From Eledone cirrhosa (Eukaryota), in NCBI GenBank assembly GCA_964016885.1, contig OZ024745.1, positions 102,300,001 through 102,364,000 on the forward strand: a DNA stretch of 64,000 nucleotides, read 5' to 3'. Shown one piece after another: positions 1-12,950 of the stretch (positions within the stretch are counted from its first letter, which is position 1; each line of letters opens with the position of its first letter). Below the pieces are notes generated by a model that did no database searches, had not been told where the DNA came from, and saw nothing but the letters and a program-made list of their open reading frames with translations. The position numbers and the translations under genes were made by a program.

Positions 1-539
1 ACTGTTGCTTTACCTGTGGAAGTAATTATCACCCTTAAGGAAAATGTTGCTCCACGTTAAATATAGGAGATAGGACAAATAAAGCTACTTTGTACAAGTA
101 TATAAATTTTGTGACTTTCCTAAATAGACTGAAGCAAAAACTTCTGTTGATATCAAAAGTAGAGTTAAGAAGAGTTGTATCCTTGCACCAACTCTATTTG
201 GAATATATTTTGCTATCTTAGTGCAGTATGCATTCAGTATAATACTTTGTAATGTCCTCCTTTGTTGAAAAACACATGGGTTCCCTTTTAACTTAACGTA
301 ACTGAGTATAAAGACCAAGGTTTCAAAGCCCCCTATTTGGAATCTGTTGTTAGCTTATGATGCAGCTCTACATTCACCAAGAAATGATTAACAAGATTTC
401 CTGAGCATGCAAAAACTTTTTCACAGGAGATTAGCTGAAATAAGACAGATATCCTATACCAAAGAAAGCAATACCTCTGGTTCCAGCATTTCAGATTGAT
501 GCTAATTGGTAACAATTTATATGTTTTTCTACTTGAGCT

Positions 540-1100
540 ATTCTGTAAAATCATAAAATCAATAGGCAATTTGGAAAAATTACAAAAAAAGCATAAAAGG
601 AACAAAATATTCAATCCAAAAATTAGGACTAAAATCTATGAAGCTTGTATTATTCAGAATCATGAGTTCTAAACTCAAGACTTGAAATAAAAGAGAATTG
701 TTTGCTTTTATGGCTTCATAAAATTCTAAATATCTCATGAGAAGATAAAATCATCAGTATTGAAGTGTTGTAACTAGTGGAATTGCCAAGCTTAATGTCA
801 GTTCAGTGTAAGCAATAACTATAATGACACAGCCATGATAAATGTATGGATGAAAGCAGAATTCTAAAAGAGCTGCTCTTTAGTGAGCTTTCTCATGGAT
901 CAAAAAGAAGAGGCAGACCCAAGCAGTATTTCAAAGACATCTGGAAGAATAGCCCAATCAAGTACCATACTGATTACAAGAAACTGATAAATATTGATAC
1001 AACTCAACAGCTTGGAGAACAGCAATGATTATTATGAAACAGGAAACAAATGGAGCTCTCCAGTTGAAATGTTAAAGATGAAAGGAGAAACAAATTGAAG
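540..1100 (+). mobile_element. Decayed RTE-clade LINE ORF2 C-terminal remnant
   Basis: ORF 846-1028 MDESRILKELLFSELSHGSKRRGRPKQYFKD resembles the post-RT 'M.D.RIPK.LL.GEL..G.R..GRP' segment of RTE/BovB ORF2; boundaries approximate. Confidence 0.6.
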
Positions 1101-1246
1101 CAAGTTGTACCTCACTAATTTGTGGTTTCTATCGAAGGGCTTCTGGTTCCAATATTGAAGAAATTAGCTGCAAAATGTTGTAATGTTGCTGTTCACACTG
1201 ACTATAACAGATGACAAAAGCTATTGTATGTACACACACACAATCA

Positions 1247-1510
1247 CCATCATCATCATCATCATCATCGTCATCATCGTCGTCTAACATCCATCTTCCA
1301 CGCCAGCATGGGTTAGACGGGTTTGTCCCATTTAGAGGCAAGTTGGGTTGGGTGACCATGTCTCGCTCATATAGGACAGTTTCTGGCTGGTTTTCTATGG
1401 CTGGAGGCTCTTCCTAGCACCAACCACATTTAGAGTGTGTGCTGGGTGCTTTTTTACCGTATCTTTTACACGACTACTTTATAGTGTGGGCTGGATATTT
1501 TGTAGCATCA
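1247..1510 (-). mobile_element. RTE-type 3' tail fragment ending in (GAT)n
   Basis: (CAT)n followed by ...ttccacgccagcatgggttagacgg...; same terminus as RTE copy at 37989-38130; further copies 4305-4730, 15165-15380, 15680-15840, 21860-22115. Confidence 0.7.
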
Positions 1511-1527
1511 TATATATACATATATAT

Positions 1528-1711
1528 ATGAAAAGATTCAGCCTTGGCGATTTCGACAGCTAAATCTAAACGGAGTTCAGATTTAGCTTTCGAAACGGCT
1601 GGAGCTCAGCCGTCGGGGTCCTGAATCTTTTCATATTACCCACTCTACTGTCCCAAGTATCGAATTCTCTGGTGGGTTATGGTCTAGCTGGTTTTTACCA
1701 CACCCTATCTG
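1528..1711 (+). mobile_element. Short foldback + tail element (family A) with 3' half of hammerhead ribozyme, between TA runs
   Basis: atgaaaagattcag(1528)...ctgaatcttttcat(1621-1634) inverted arms; GAAACGGCTggagctcAGCCGTC stem III; ~77-nt tail homologous to 21743-21820. Confidence 0.7.
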
Positions 1712-3794
1712 ATATATATGTATATATATATTTGCTAATCACAAATGAGTAGTTACATCAACATTGTAATAATCTAATATAAGCTTTTATTTTAGGTAGA
1801 AATATCTATTTTATGAAGGTGGCAAATTTTGACAATTCTAACCATATGCAGAAATAGTTTTGTGATTCTGAAATATTAAAGGACAGAATTTTTATCAGCA
1901 AAATAACAAGAATAATTATAAGAGTAAAACTCTATTTTTAGTAAACAGTTGTCCGTTATCTTTAAATCTATATATTTGTTATGAAAAATGAACACTGTTT
2001 ACTTTTCAACAGTTATATATAATTCTTCATATATTTATTTTCTGTTTATTCTTTTCATCTTCATTTGTATTCTAAACTTTAAATATTTATTTCATTGTTA
2101 TCTGAAAAATAAGAATTCCTAGAAATAATGTTATGTTAGAATTGGATTAAGGTAAGAAAAGTTGTGATGACAATAACTAAAATGTTACCAAAATGGCAAC
2201 AATTTCTGCACCTGATAAAACTGTTAAGTTTTACTAATGGAAAATAAAACAATCACTTCTCTCAATGAGGGAACCTCAACATGTTTACTTGATATACTAG
2301 AAACAGCAACTCAATCTTCCTAAAAATCATAATGTTAAATTTAAATTGGATAATGTAGTCCTAGATACAAGGCGTTTGAAGCAGAAAAGAAAAAAAAAAA
2401 CAATGTTGAAAATAAAAACAATCATAAGTCTGCTCCATCAGTAGAACTATGATTTCCATGATCAGGGTTGAATCAAAGCTAAATGACAATTTTTTCTGCT
2501 GGTCACTGATATAATTCCACTGAATTGTTGAAAGTCAGTTTGTGGCCAGTTACAGTATATGTCTATATGTTATATTGCTAGCATGGGAATACTTTATGTC
2601 TTATACATATCAGTTTGATATATAAAGTAACCTTTATGATGCTTGTCCAGCTGACCATGGACAGATACTTGTTATTTAAAATATTTATTATATGTGTCTT
2701 TGATTTCTATTTGTCTGTGAATCATCTTTCTATCCTGAACTTTTGACCGATAGGTTTTGTTCTTACTTTCAGATATAATTCTTCATTGTTTCAATGTTTG
2801 GATCCCCCCTTTTTAAGCCCATGTCTGTTTTATTTATTCATTCATTATTATTTTGTGAGGGTGCATGGCTTAGTGGTTTGGGAATTGAATTCACAATCGG
2901 GATGTTGCAAGTTCAATTCCTGCGGCAGGCAATGTGTTGTGTCCTTGAGCAAGGCATTTTATTTATTGTTGCTCCTTTTGCTAGGAGTTGTAACCAGTAG
3001 ATAATATCAACAATGGAAAGACCAATGGAGACATTATTTCTTTGGTCCGATTGTTCCACCTCACTTGGTAAGTGAATAAGATCTGGTATCTTGTTGATTT
3101 GGGTTATCATTTTACTATTTTTTTAAAAACTAGTTAAATACATAGGAAAGAATGTCACTATGTATTTATAATTTACATCAAATATGCATATCAGCATTAT
3201 TATTCAAGTAATATTCTGGTTGTAGTAAATAAACAAATTGCTTTTGAATAGATAATAAGAGCCTGTAGATGTTCAACCTGTTGAAAACTACTAAAACAAA
3301 GAAATCCATTTAATTTGGCAATTTGCTTCAGCAGGTGGTGAATTGACAATGTTGTTACTCCGAGTTCAAATATCGTTGAAATCAACGTTACCTTTCAGCA
3401 TTTTAGGGTCAGTTAATCCAGGGTTGGTATATTGGTAACATTGTTAAAGAGTCAGACGAGATGCTTTGGTGTTATCTGATCAGGCTCTGTGCATTCTGAG
3501 TTCAAATCCTGTCTCCATTTGCCAGGAGTTGTAGCTGATGTATAGTATCAACAATGGAAAGACTTGTCAAAACAGTTTCTTTGGTCAGTTCTGATGAATG
3601 GCTACTTCCCTTTTTGTCAGTATAAACTTGATAGGATTTTGGCCTATGCATTTTCCTTGGGCAACATTGGTGGTGGGAAGAGGTGAGACTGGCATGTATG
3701 GATAACTGCTGATCTTCCACAAAACAGCTTGCTCAGAGTTGGGTCTTGGAGAAGAACTTTCCAAATATAAACAACTTTCTCTCTTTCTATACAG

Positions 3795-3854
3795 ACACAT
3801 GCACACACGCATATATATACACACACATATATATATACACATATATATATACAT

Positions 3855-3885
<31 letters not shown>

Positions 3886-3916
3886 CATATATATACACAC
3901 ACACATATATATATAT

Positions 3917-3959
<43 letters not shown>

Positions 3960-4242
3960 TATATATATATATACACACACATATATATATATATATATAC
4001 ACACACACATATATACACACACACACACATATATATATACACATATATATATACACACATATATATTTACAAACTCATATATATATACACACATATATAT
4101 ACACACATATATATATACATACTCATATATATATATATATATATATATATACACTCACATATATATATATATATACATACTCACACATATATATACATAT
4201 ATATATATACACACTCACACATATATATATATACACACACAC

Positions 4243-4273
<31 letters not shown>

Positions 4274-4300
4274 TATATATATGTACATACACACGTGTAT
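3795..4300. repeat. Compound (TA)n/(CA)n microsatellite
   Basis: Directly visible. Confidence 0.98.
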
Positions 4301-4304
4301 ATAT

Positions 4305-4730
4305 TATCATCATCATCACCGTTTTACGTCCGTTCTTCCACGCTAGCATGGGTTAGACGGGTTGTCCTGTTGTGGGCAGTGTCTGGTCGGCTGACCATGC
4401 CTTGCTCATACAGGAACTGATTTGGCTTGATTTCTACAGCTGGATGCCCTTCCTAACACCAACCTCATTTACAGTGAGTGCTGGGTGCTTTTTCGTGGCG
4501 CCTACACGTCCACTTTACAGTGTGGGCTGGGTGCTTTTTTGCCGTGGCACCTCCACGACCACCTTGCGGTGGGGGGTGTGGGGGCATATTGTCTATATGC
4601 TTCAGCTTGTACCCATGGGAGGTCGGGTACTCTGTATTACTGCATGACGCCAGAGGTCACGGTTGTGTGTCATTGCCTTTGAGAGGTGTAATTGGGTAAG
4701 GTCGGCTTTTATCACCTGATCCCAGGTCAT
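4305..4730 (-). mobile_element. RTE LINE 3' end (ORF2 end + 3'UTR)
   Basis: Minus translation TWDQVIKADLTQLHLSKAMTHNRDLWRHAV matches the end of ORF 38386-39165; ends in (GAT)n. Confidence 0.85.
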
Positions 4731-4796
<66 letters not shown>

Positions 4797-5112
4797 ACCA
4801 ACAGTTACAGCTAGAACGTTTTCCTTCCAAAGCACAAGTCTGGGCAAGGTTGTTTGTGGAAGACCAACAGTCATCCATGCACATCAATCTCCCCTCTCCA
4901 CACCACCGATGTTGTCCAAGGGAAAGGCAATGGCCAAAACAACTTGGCACCAGGGACGTCGCAACTCATTTCTACAGCTGAGTAAATTGGAGCAATGTGA
5001 AATAAAGTGTCTTGCTCAAGAACACAACACACCACACCACCCAGTCCAGGAATGAAAACTATAACCTCACGATTGTGAATCCGATGCTCTAACCACTAAG
5101 CCATGTGCCTTC
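4797..5112 (-). mobile_element. tRNA-derived CORE-like SINE
   Basis: Minus strand aggcacatggcttagtggttagag (A box)...cttgagcaagacactttatttcacattgctcc core; related copies 2860-2975, 11369-11735, 16203-16490, 21345-21607, 42985-43317, 63506-63763. Confidence 0.8.
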
Positions 5113-6229
5113 ATATGTGTGTGTGTGGGTCTGAAATATAAGTGTGCTTTTATTCTGTGTATAATTGTTCATGATTATATGTTTATGTTTTGTACCTGAA
5201 TCTATACAAGAGTCTGCATGCACTTGAGTATATGACTGACTGAACACACACATCTTTTCTCCATACACACACACATATATATATATATATATACACATAC
5301 ATAAATACATAGATATACATACATACACACACATACGACATACATACATATCTACCTAGTTGATGTGTAAATTCCAATGAGAGAGTCTTGTATTTATGTT
5401 AGAAACCGACTCTCTATTGGCAAACATTTGTGAAATTATAAACACCAGAAGCACATACATACAGACAGACAGACAGACAGACAGACATACATACAGAGAC
5501 ACAGATAGATATAAAGCACATATATTACTTGTTTTTTTTACAAAACAGAAAATCCTTATGGGAAAAGATTTGTATTTCTCATCTTAGTAAATTAATTAAA
5601 AAACAACATATTTCTTTTTTGTAATTAATTTTTAATATTTAATTTAAGTACAACTTAAGCATTCGATCATTTTATATTTGCGAAGACACTCTTTTGAAAT
5701 TTAATCTCATCTTTGATGAAATATGCTTTATAGCATCTAGTGGCTCTTAATTATACTGTATACTAGTGATTGAAATAGATATTGATGAATACAGATAAGA
5801 ATATATGATAAAAATTGATTAAGTTTGTAGTTCATCTCAAATCAGAGAGAAAACTTAGATTTGCATACACATTTACAAAATTGATGGAACAAACATAATG
5901 TATCTTCTGTGATAAAATTTTCTGGAAACAGGAGCAGACAATTTTTTTTATTTTGACAGTTCATAGAATATTTATTTATATCTATAAAACAGAAGATGTC
6001 TGTCTGTGTAACTGCATGCATTTCTAGATTTTACAACCGATTTGCACCAAATTTCATACATAGGTTTCTGATGTCCTATTATGCATTGTAGGCTATTTTT
6101 CCGTACATCGGAGTAAGCAGTACTACTGCATAAAGGCGCCATAATTCCTGCAGTTTGCCTCCCATCTTCACCAGCATTAATCTTTTGTTTGCCTACAAAT
6201 AAATTTGCAGGTATGCACTTGCGCAGAAA

Positions 6230-7000
6230 TTCAGGTAGGGGACCCCTTGGGGGGCAGTAAACCGACTTGATGAATGTTGAAGTTGATATCATCAATGCAA
6301 CAAAATGTCATAACTGCTTGAGTTGGTGTTTGGTTTTCACGAAGCGAGACGTATTGGCTACCCATGGCTTATAAAGGAAGGTGAACACATGAACTTTTAC
6401 TTTAACTTATCAAGGGGACCCCGGAGGAGGGGGGGGGGGGGGGAATTAAGCCCCTTCGACTTATCTATTGAAGTTCACATTAACACTATATTAGTACCTG
6501 ATAACTTTTGAAGTTTAAGTTCGATTTTAACTTTACCAGATACATCGGTTACCCATTGCCTAAAGATGATGTTGAAGACACTATCTATACCCGGAACAAG
6601 CAAGGGGACCCCCCAGAGGGCAGTAAGCCCCAGCGAGTCATTTATTGAATTTGGCTATTGTAATGCAGCAAAGGGTCTTAGCTTCGATAATTGGTAGTCC
6701 AATAAAATGAATTTCGACTTGTTATTCATGTACTACAGAAGAAGATACAGTGAGGCACATTTACTTTCATTTCAATACAGCAAGAGGACCCCTCGGGGAC
6801 AATGAGCCCAATTCATTAACCTATAAAAGTTCAAACTGCCACAATAAAAAAGCACCATAACCTCGGGAGTTTATACTTGATTCTTACAAAAACTAAATGA
6901 AATGGTTATTGCCTGCCATAAGATAAAGCACCACACATTCGTTATCACTTTAATTTTGCAAGGGAAACCCCTAGGGAGGGCAGTGAGCCCCTTTGGACCA
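6230..7000 (+). repeat. ~180-bp degenerate tandem repeat (5 units) inside Helitron
   Basis: aggggaccc...gggcagtaagccc-like motif recurs at ~6237, 6412, 6602, 6782, 6960. Confidence 0.75.
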
Positions 7001-8052
7001 CTTTTAAAGTTCATATTATGGTCGCAGCAAAGCATTTCAACTTCTGGAAATAAAAGTCAATTTAAACGAAAGTTGACGCATCGGTTACTCATGTCCTACA
7101 AATAGAGTAGCGAATTTTTAAATCCCCCTAACTTAACTTTAGTTTAACTTTAGGATGATTGAATTTAATTTTGCGCCCGGTTGTCTCCCCCGTGTAATTG
7201 CACCACAATTAAGTGCGGAATGGGGAGTTAAATTTTTTTCCTTGAACTTTGGCGTCATTTCACATTCCTAACCAAGAAAGCACGATTTAACCCAGGTGTA
7301 AATTTTAACGCCTACAGTATGTGGATTGTGCTATTTCACACTCATGCCTAAACTGTGCGAATGATTGATTAGTTTTTGCACTCGGTTGTCTCCCCCATTT
7401 AATTGCACCTCAATTAAGTGCGAAATGGCGACCTCTGGTCAACCACACATCAGTGAGTTGTGTTCAGTAGATTTCACACTTATTTGTATTATCTAACCAA
7501 TCAGAGAACTTGAGTGTTGTTCTTTGAGCGAAATCACTCCTATTTATATTGGTTAAGTCCGACCTAGGATCACACTTCTTTTTTGGCTTATTTTTTTTTT
7601 ACATGCGTACTCTCATAAGCTACCCCATGTTTCTGAAATGCATGCTTCTTCAACATTTGTCACCTTAAAGGAGGTTTAGTTAATGTGTTTATGGTCATAA
7701 TGTTCCAGTTGATCATGCTGTGATTTTTCGGCCATTTTTGCCTGTATCCTTTCAAAGGTTAGTACTTACTTATTGCTATGTTCAAACTGAACAAACATAC
7801 TGACACTTATATACCTACCACTGTTACCAAACTATTTAATTTCCTTTATCACAGGTAGTCCGTACGCTGCGTTGCCCCTAACTTAAAACCTGAAATTTGA
7901 CTGGTACACAAAATCTTGCAAAACATACCCACTTTCTCAGACCACATAGATTTATCACATTTTTTCACAATTTATATCTATATTTAGATTTGCTTACTTA
8001 AACATTATTTGTCCACTATTTATCGTTCTCTCTGGTTAATTTTCTAAAAACA

Positions 8053-8745
8053 ATGCCCCCAAGAAAAGAACTTTCATTGGTCGATTATCTAATGATGCAA
8101 GTAGGTCTAAGCGAAGGCGTCTCACCGAAGATGTAAATGTGACTGCGATCAGGCTCTCACAGAATGCTGTGCAGATAGCAGCTGCAAGAGCAGAGGAGGA
8201 TGACAGTCGGTGTGAACTTCGACAGAACAAAGATGCTGCCATGACTGCTGCTGCTCGCACTCAAGAGGATGAAGGACGACGCGCCGTTCGACGAAGCAGT
8301 GTCGCCGCTGCAACATCCACTGCTCACGCTCAAGGGGTTGAAGGACGATGCACCGTTCGACAAAGCAGGGACGCCACTGCATCAGCCGCTGCTCGCTCAT
8401 GATAGGATGAAGGATGTCACGCTGTGCGACGGGGCAGGGATGCCACTGCAACGGCCGCTGCTCGCACTCAAGAAGATGAAGGGCGACGTGCCGTTCGATG
8501 ATGCAGGGTCAACGCTGCAACATCTGCTGCTCGCGCTCGAGAGGATGAAGGACAACGCGCCATTTCACGAAGCAGGGATGCCACTGCAACATCCGCTGCT
8601 CACGCTCAAGAAGATGAAGGACGATGCGCCGTTTGATGAAGTACGGATGCCACTACAACAGCCGCTGCTCGCACTTGAGAGGATGAAGGACGATGAAGCA
8701 GGGACACCGCTGCCACTGCTGCTGCACGAAATACTAAAACCATAG
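8053..8745 (+). pseudogene. Helitron RepHel N-terminal region with 69-bp (23-aa) tandem repeats, disrupted
   Basis: ATG CCC at 8053 (MPPR...IGRLSNDASRSKRRR); repeat unit ~EDEGRRAVRRSRDATATSAARAQ recurs at 8265, 8334, 8403, 8472...; in-frame stop at 8400. Confidence 0.65.
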
Positions 8746-8879
8746 AGCAATGACTTTTGCAAAGTGAACAGCGGCGATCATCGTTACATGCATTTCTAGG
8801 ACTTGCAATCCATGATGGTTGTTGAAGGCCTTTAACTATGACCCCTCTTCCAACTACGCTGTGCTTGCCTGGAAACTTG

Positions 8880-9400
8880 CACCTCTACAAGTCCCTTGAC
8901 TCTATCGCTGATCCGGACAAAGTTGTTAATTACCTCACAGAATTTCTTAACTCCCTAGACACCCCCGGATTGCCACCACACTTACTGCGACTTAAGAAAG
9001 GTGCCCCTGTCATGCTCCTCAGGAATTTGGAACCCCAAAGCTTTCAAATGGCACGCGTCTGGTCGTCCAAAAGGCGATGCCTCATGTTATTGAGGCAACA
9101 ACACTTACAGGATGCAGTAAGGGGGATACTGTTCTCATACCAAGGATACCTCTCATTCCATCCGATAAAGACATTCCTTTCACATTCAGAAGGCTGCAAT
9201 TCCCTCTCCAGCTCTGTTTCGCCATGTCGATTAACAAATCACAGAGTCAGACGCTGACGGTCGAAGGGCTTAATTTAGAAGAACCGTGTTTCTCCCATGG
9301 TCAACTATATTTTGGCTGCTCTCAACAAGTGGGGAGCCGACATAACCTATTTGCTTTTGTAACTCATAAGAAAAATATAGTCTATAAGGAAGTTTTGTAG
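8880..9400 (+). pseudogene. Helitron PIF1-like helicase C-terminal fragment, frameshifted
   Basis: [30 protein letters not shown] and [22 protein letters not shown]...FSHGQLY, in two frames. Confidence 0.92.
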
Positions 9401-10100
9401 GCACCCCATCCGCCAACAAGTAATCGCTGTTTTTTTTTGTATAAGTGCTTACATTTGCTGTATCCGTGTGCTATTTCTTTTCTTTTGACAATACCACGTA
9501 CACTTCTGAGGCTGCTTTTGCTATATGTTATAAATGTTCAATGTCTCTGTTTTCCGCATTTATATGTTGCTATTACGCTTTGCTATCGATGTTCTGTAGT
9601 TTTAACCTAATTAATTTACTTTTCCCTACATCTTATTTACACATTGTTTTGACATTCCAGCGTGATCTTGCCAAGGCCGTTTTTGAGGCCACCGACTGTT
9701 ACATGCTTTTCTAGGTTACAATCTCAAATAACAAACAAAGCAAATACGACACACCAAAGTGGTGTGAAGGACTCCTTAAGGGCCACCACCTCTAATCGGA
9801 GTCATCTTTGCTGACAGTTCTGCCGCTGGGACTTTTAAGAGTGAATGATCCAAGGCTCTCTTTAGGGCCACCAACTTTAAATTGTTACCATCGGATTCGT
9901 CTTTGCTGGCAGCACCGCCGCAGAAATATTTCAAAGCGAACATTCAAAGGCCCTCTTTAGGGCCAACATCTATAAATTGTTACTTCTATAGTCGTGTTTA
10001 ACAGAAGTCTTTCGGTTTATTTGAATGACTACTCCATTGAGAGTTATACCGGGCAACGCCGGGTACCTCTGCTAGTATTTATATATATATATATATTATA

Positions 10101-10148
<48 letters not shown>

Positions 10149-10154
<6 letters not shown>

Positions 10155-10692
10155 AATAGGATTTCGCTTCAAGCATAGCTTTATACAATATGTATAAATA
10201 TTTCGTATCTCCAAAGAAATAGGGTTTTAGGAAGCCATAGCTATGCAAACACCGGGAGGGCTAACACGCTCTGGTGATGTCCAGCAGAAGCAAGGGGGAC
10301 AACCATCTATGCATTTCAGGCTTAACTGGCCTTCGTCAGGACGGTCCCTCCCACCGTTTGCGACTGCTGGACTAGAAGACAGGCGAGAATATATACTTTT
10401 CTCGTTTTTATTATAAGTTGAGCCAACTTATGCAGCTTCATATGCAAATGAGATTAATCACCTAATTTACACAAACGAGAAAACTATATATTCTCGCCTG
10501 TCTTCTAGTCCAGCAGTCGCAAGCGGTTGGAGGGACCGTCCTGACGAAGGCCAGTTAAGCCTGAAATGCATAGATGGTTGTCCCCCTTGCTTCTGCTGGA
10601 CATCACCAGAGGGTGTTAGCCCTCCCGGTGTTTGCATAGCTATGGCTTCCTAAAACCGTATTTCTTTGGAGATACAAAATATTTATACATAT
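10149..10692 (-). mobile_element. Penelope-like foldback element (family B): ~220-bp inverted arms + ~39-nt tail, in (TA)n
   Basis: Arms 10188-10407 and 10473-10692; unpaired tail 10149-10187; TA runs both sides; hammerhead in each arm. Confidence 0.8.
10534..10579 (+). ncRNA. Minimal type I hammerhead ribozyme
   Basis: gaccgtc CTGACGA aggc-cagttaa-gcct GAAA tgca TA^gatggtt; 7-bp stem I, 4-bp stem II, palindromic ATGCAT stem III; antisense copy at 10301-10346. Confidence 0.85.
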
Positions 10693-10835
10693 TATATATA
10701 TATGTGTGTGTATACATATATGTGTGTGCATATATATATATATATATATACACACGCCTGCCAGAGACACATCCATGCAAGAGAGACATGGTCACCCGAT
10801 TATTCCCGCATCAAATGGGACAAAACCGTCTAACC

Positions 10836-11334
10836 TAAAGGTTCTCAATCCATTTCGGCCAAATGCCCCCTTTTGCCTCTCAAAATCACGAAACGCCCCC
10901 CCCCCCCTATTTTTCCATTTTTCAATATACTACTGATTTTAATATCAGTAGATTACTGGGCCAAATCAAGTTATGTTAGAATCTTTAAAAAGATCTTTAA
11001 AATATACTTGTACGAATTAAATACAAAAAAGTATCAGTCCAAAACAAAAGCAAGCTATTTCAAAATAAATATTTAAAAAAAAAAGGCGTGAATGTTCTCA
11101 AAGATTTGATCTCAGTTGTAAAGCTTTTTTTTTTAAATTCTATATTTCACTGTTAGCTGTTGTAATATTTTGAGTGGATAGACAATTCTCTCTCTCTCTC
11201 TCTCTCTCTCTCTAGAGAGAGAGAGGTTTGTGTGTGTGAGGGGGGGGGGGGGGCCTACACGTCTATCTATCTATCTCTCCAAAAGGGGGCTCAAACATGC
11301 GGCCTGAGAACTACTTTTCTATGGCTCCTCTTCT

Positions 11335-11366
<32 letters not shown>

Positions 11367-12950
11367 GGAGGCACATGGCGTAGTGGTTAGAGCATTGGCC
11401 TTGCAATCGAAAGGTTGTGAGTTCAATTCTCAGACCGGCTGATGTGTTGTTTCCTTGAGCAAGACACTTTTTTTCACATTGCTACAGTTTACTCAGCTGT
11501 AGAAATAAGATGATAGGACTAGGGTCCCCATCATTCCACTGCAAAGTGGTCGTGGAGGTGCCACGGCAAAAGAGCCCACAGCCCACACTGTAAAGTGGAC
11601 GTGTAGGCGCCATTGAAAAAAAAAGCACTGTAAATGAGGTTGGTGTTAGGAAGGGCATCCAGCTGTAGAAATCAAGCCAGAATCAGTTCCCGTCCCACCC
11701 TTGCAAGCAGGGAAAAGCGTACGTAAAATGATGATGAATATGATGATATACACTTTACTTTTTTGTCTCTGGACTACGCCCATGCTGGAGCATCACCTTT
11801 GTTAGTTATGGGGACGTCAACAAACCAACAAGCATTGGTGGGAGCGCAAACACAAAGACACACAGAGACATATATACATATATACGACGCGCTTCTTTTA
11901 GTTTCGGTCTATCAAATCCACTCACAGGGTTTTGGTCGGCCCGGGCAGTGGGACTGAACCCGGAAACATGTGGTTGGGAAGCAAGCTTCTTGTCACACTG
12001 CACATACATGTGTGCGTGTGTGTGTTATCAAATTAACAATGAAAATAAAAAGAAGAAAGTCAAGTTACTTTATAACTTTGTTTTTATTTTTAGTATTAAT
12101 TTAATACCTAATATCTGACTGTATCTAAAGAATTAATTCAGCAAAACACAGAACTTCTCTATGGATTTTACAAGATTACATTGAGTTCTATCCAGAGGTA
12201 GACCAGACTGAAAAAAGAAAATGTGTGTATGTGTGTGTGTGTGTGATAGATATATATATATATAAATCTACATACATTCATACATACATACATTTACCTA
12301 TGTATATAGCTATGCATTTATACATTTGTATATATATACATGCATTTATATTTAAGTGTGTAAGGATGTTGATTTTTTTTTGGTAAGGAGAAAATGTCTC
12401 CAGATTTTATTACCTAGGGAGATTAAATACCACAGCTCTGGCTGAAAGCTGACCAGGTTCTCAACCTCATCAAACACGAACGCCGGCTTGTGTGTGTATA
12501 TATGTGTATGTATGTATGTATGTATGTATGTAATTGTATGTATGTATGTATGTGTGTGATTGTATGTATGTATGTATATGTATACACCCACACCTTTCAT
12601 CACCATTGCTTCTTTTTCTTGTCATTTCTGTTCAAAGTTGAAGTTGTCCTTATTTTCACTTTCTTTGATTTCTTTCATTTTTCTTTTATCTCCATAGAGA
12701 ATTCGTTGACAACCTTTATTATTTATTTTCTTTGTTTTCTTCATTCAAATGCATTCACACTGGCTGTCTCAGAGACTTACAAATAAGGCTTATAACCTAA
12801 ATAAATAGCCTTCCAGTGCCCCCTAGCGCCCCCAAAGCTTCAAATAACCCCCTAATGCACCCTTGCTCCAAAACGACCCCCTGGAGCTCCGAAACGACCC
12901 CGGGGCGGGAGGAGGGGGGGGGGGCGTACGCCCCCCATTGAGAACCTTTG
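10836..12950. mobile_element. Non-autonomous hAT (Charlie-like) element with nested SINEs
   Basis: TIRs taaaggttctcaat / attgagaacctttg; perfect 8-bp TSD GTCTAACC (10828-10835, 12951-12958); interrupts an RTE-type tail. Confidence 0.88.
11369..11735 (+). mobile_element. Full-length tRNA-head/CORE-like/RTE-tail SINE
   Basis: A box tggcgtagtgg, B box gagttcaattc, core cttgagcaagacactt, tail ccagctgtagaaa...gtaaaatgatgatg shared with the RTE 3' end. Confidence 0.85.

Larger units (their letters stand above)
5981..10075 (+). mobile_element. Internally deleted Helitron
   Basis: A|TC start (tctataaaacagaag), subterminal hairpin accgggcaacgccgggt, CTAG|T end at 10072-10076; internal RepHel remnants. 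Confidence 0.85.

Noticed and set aside
2975-3600. Hairpin-containing repeat (also 22305-22375) and repeat at 5348/19060 as ribozymes
   Set aside because: Dispersed repeats with a single hairpin; no catalytic core could be assembled
8269-8745. 158-aa repeat ORF MKDDAPFDEA...
   Set aside because: Alternative frame of the 69-bp repeat; the R/E/A-rich frame fits the Helitron N-terminus better and is interrupted
6230-8745. CRISPR-like arrays
   Set aside because: Whole units are repeated with no unique spacers; eukaryotic context; no cas genes
11369-11450. tRNA gene
   Set aside because: A/B boxes continue into SINE core and tail; multi-copy, no proper cloverleaf
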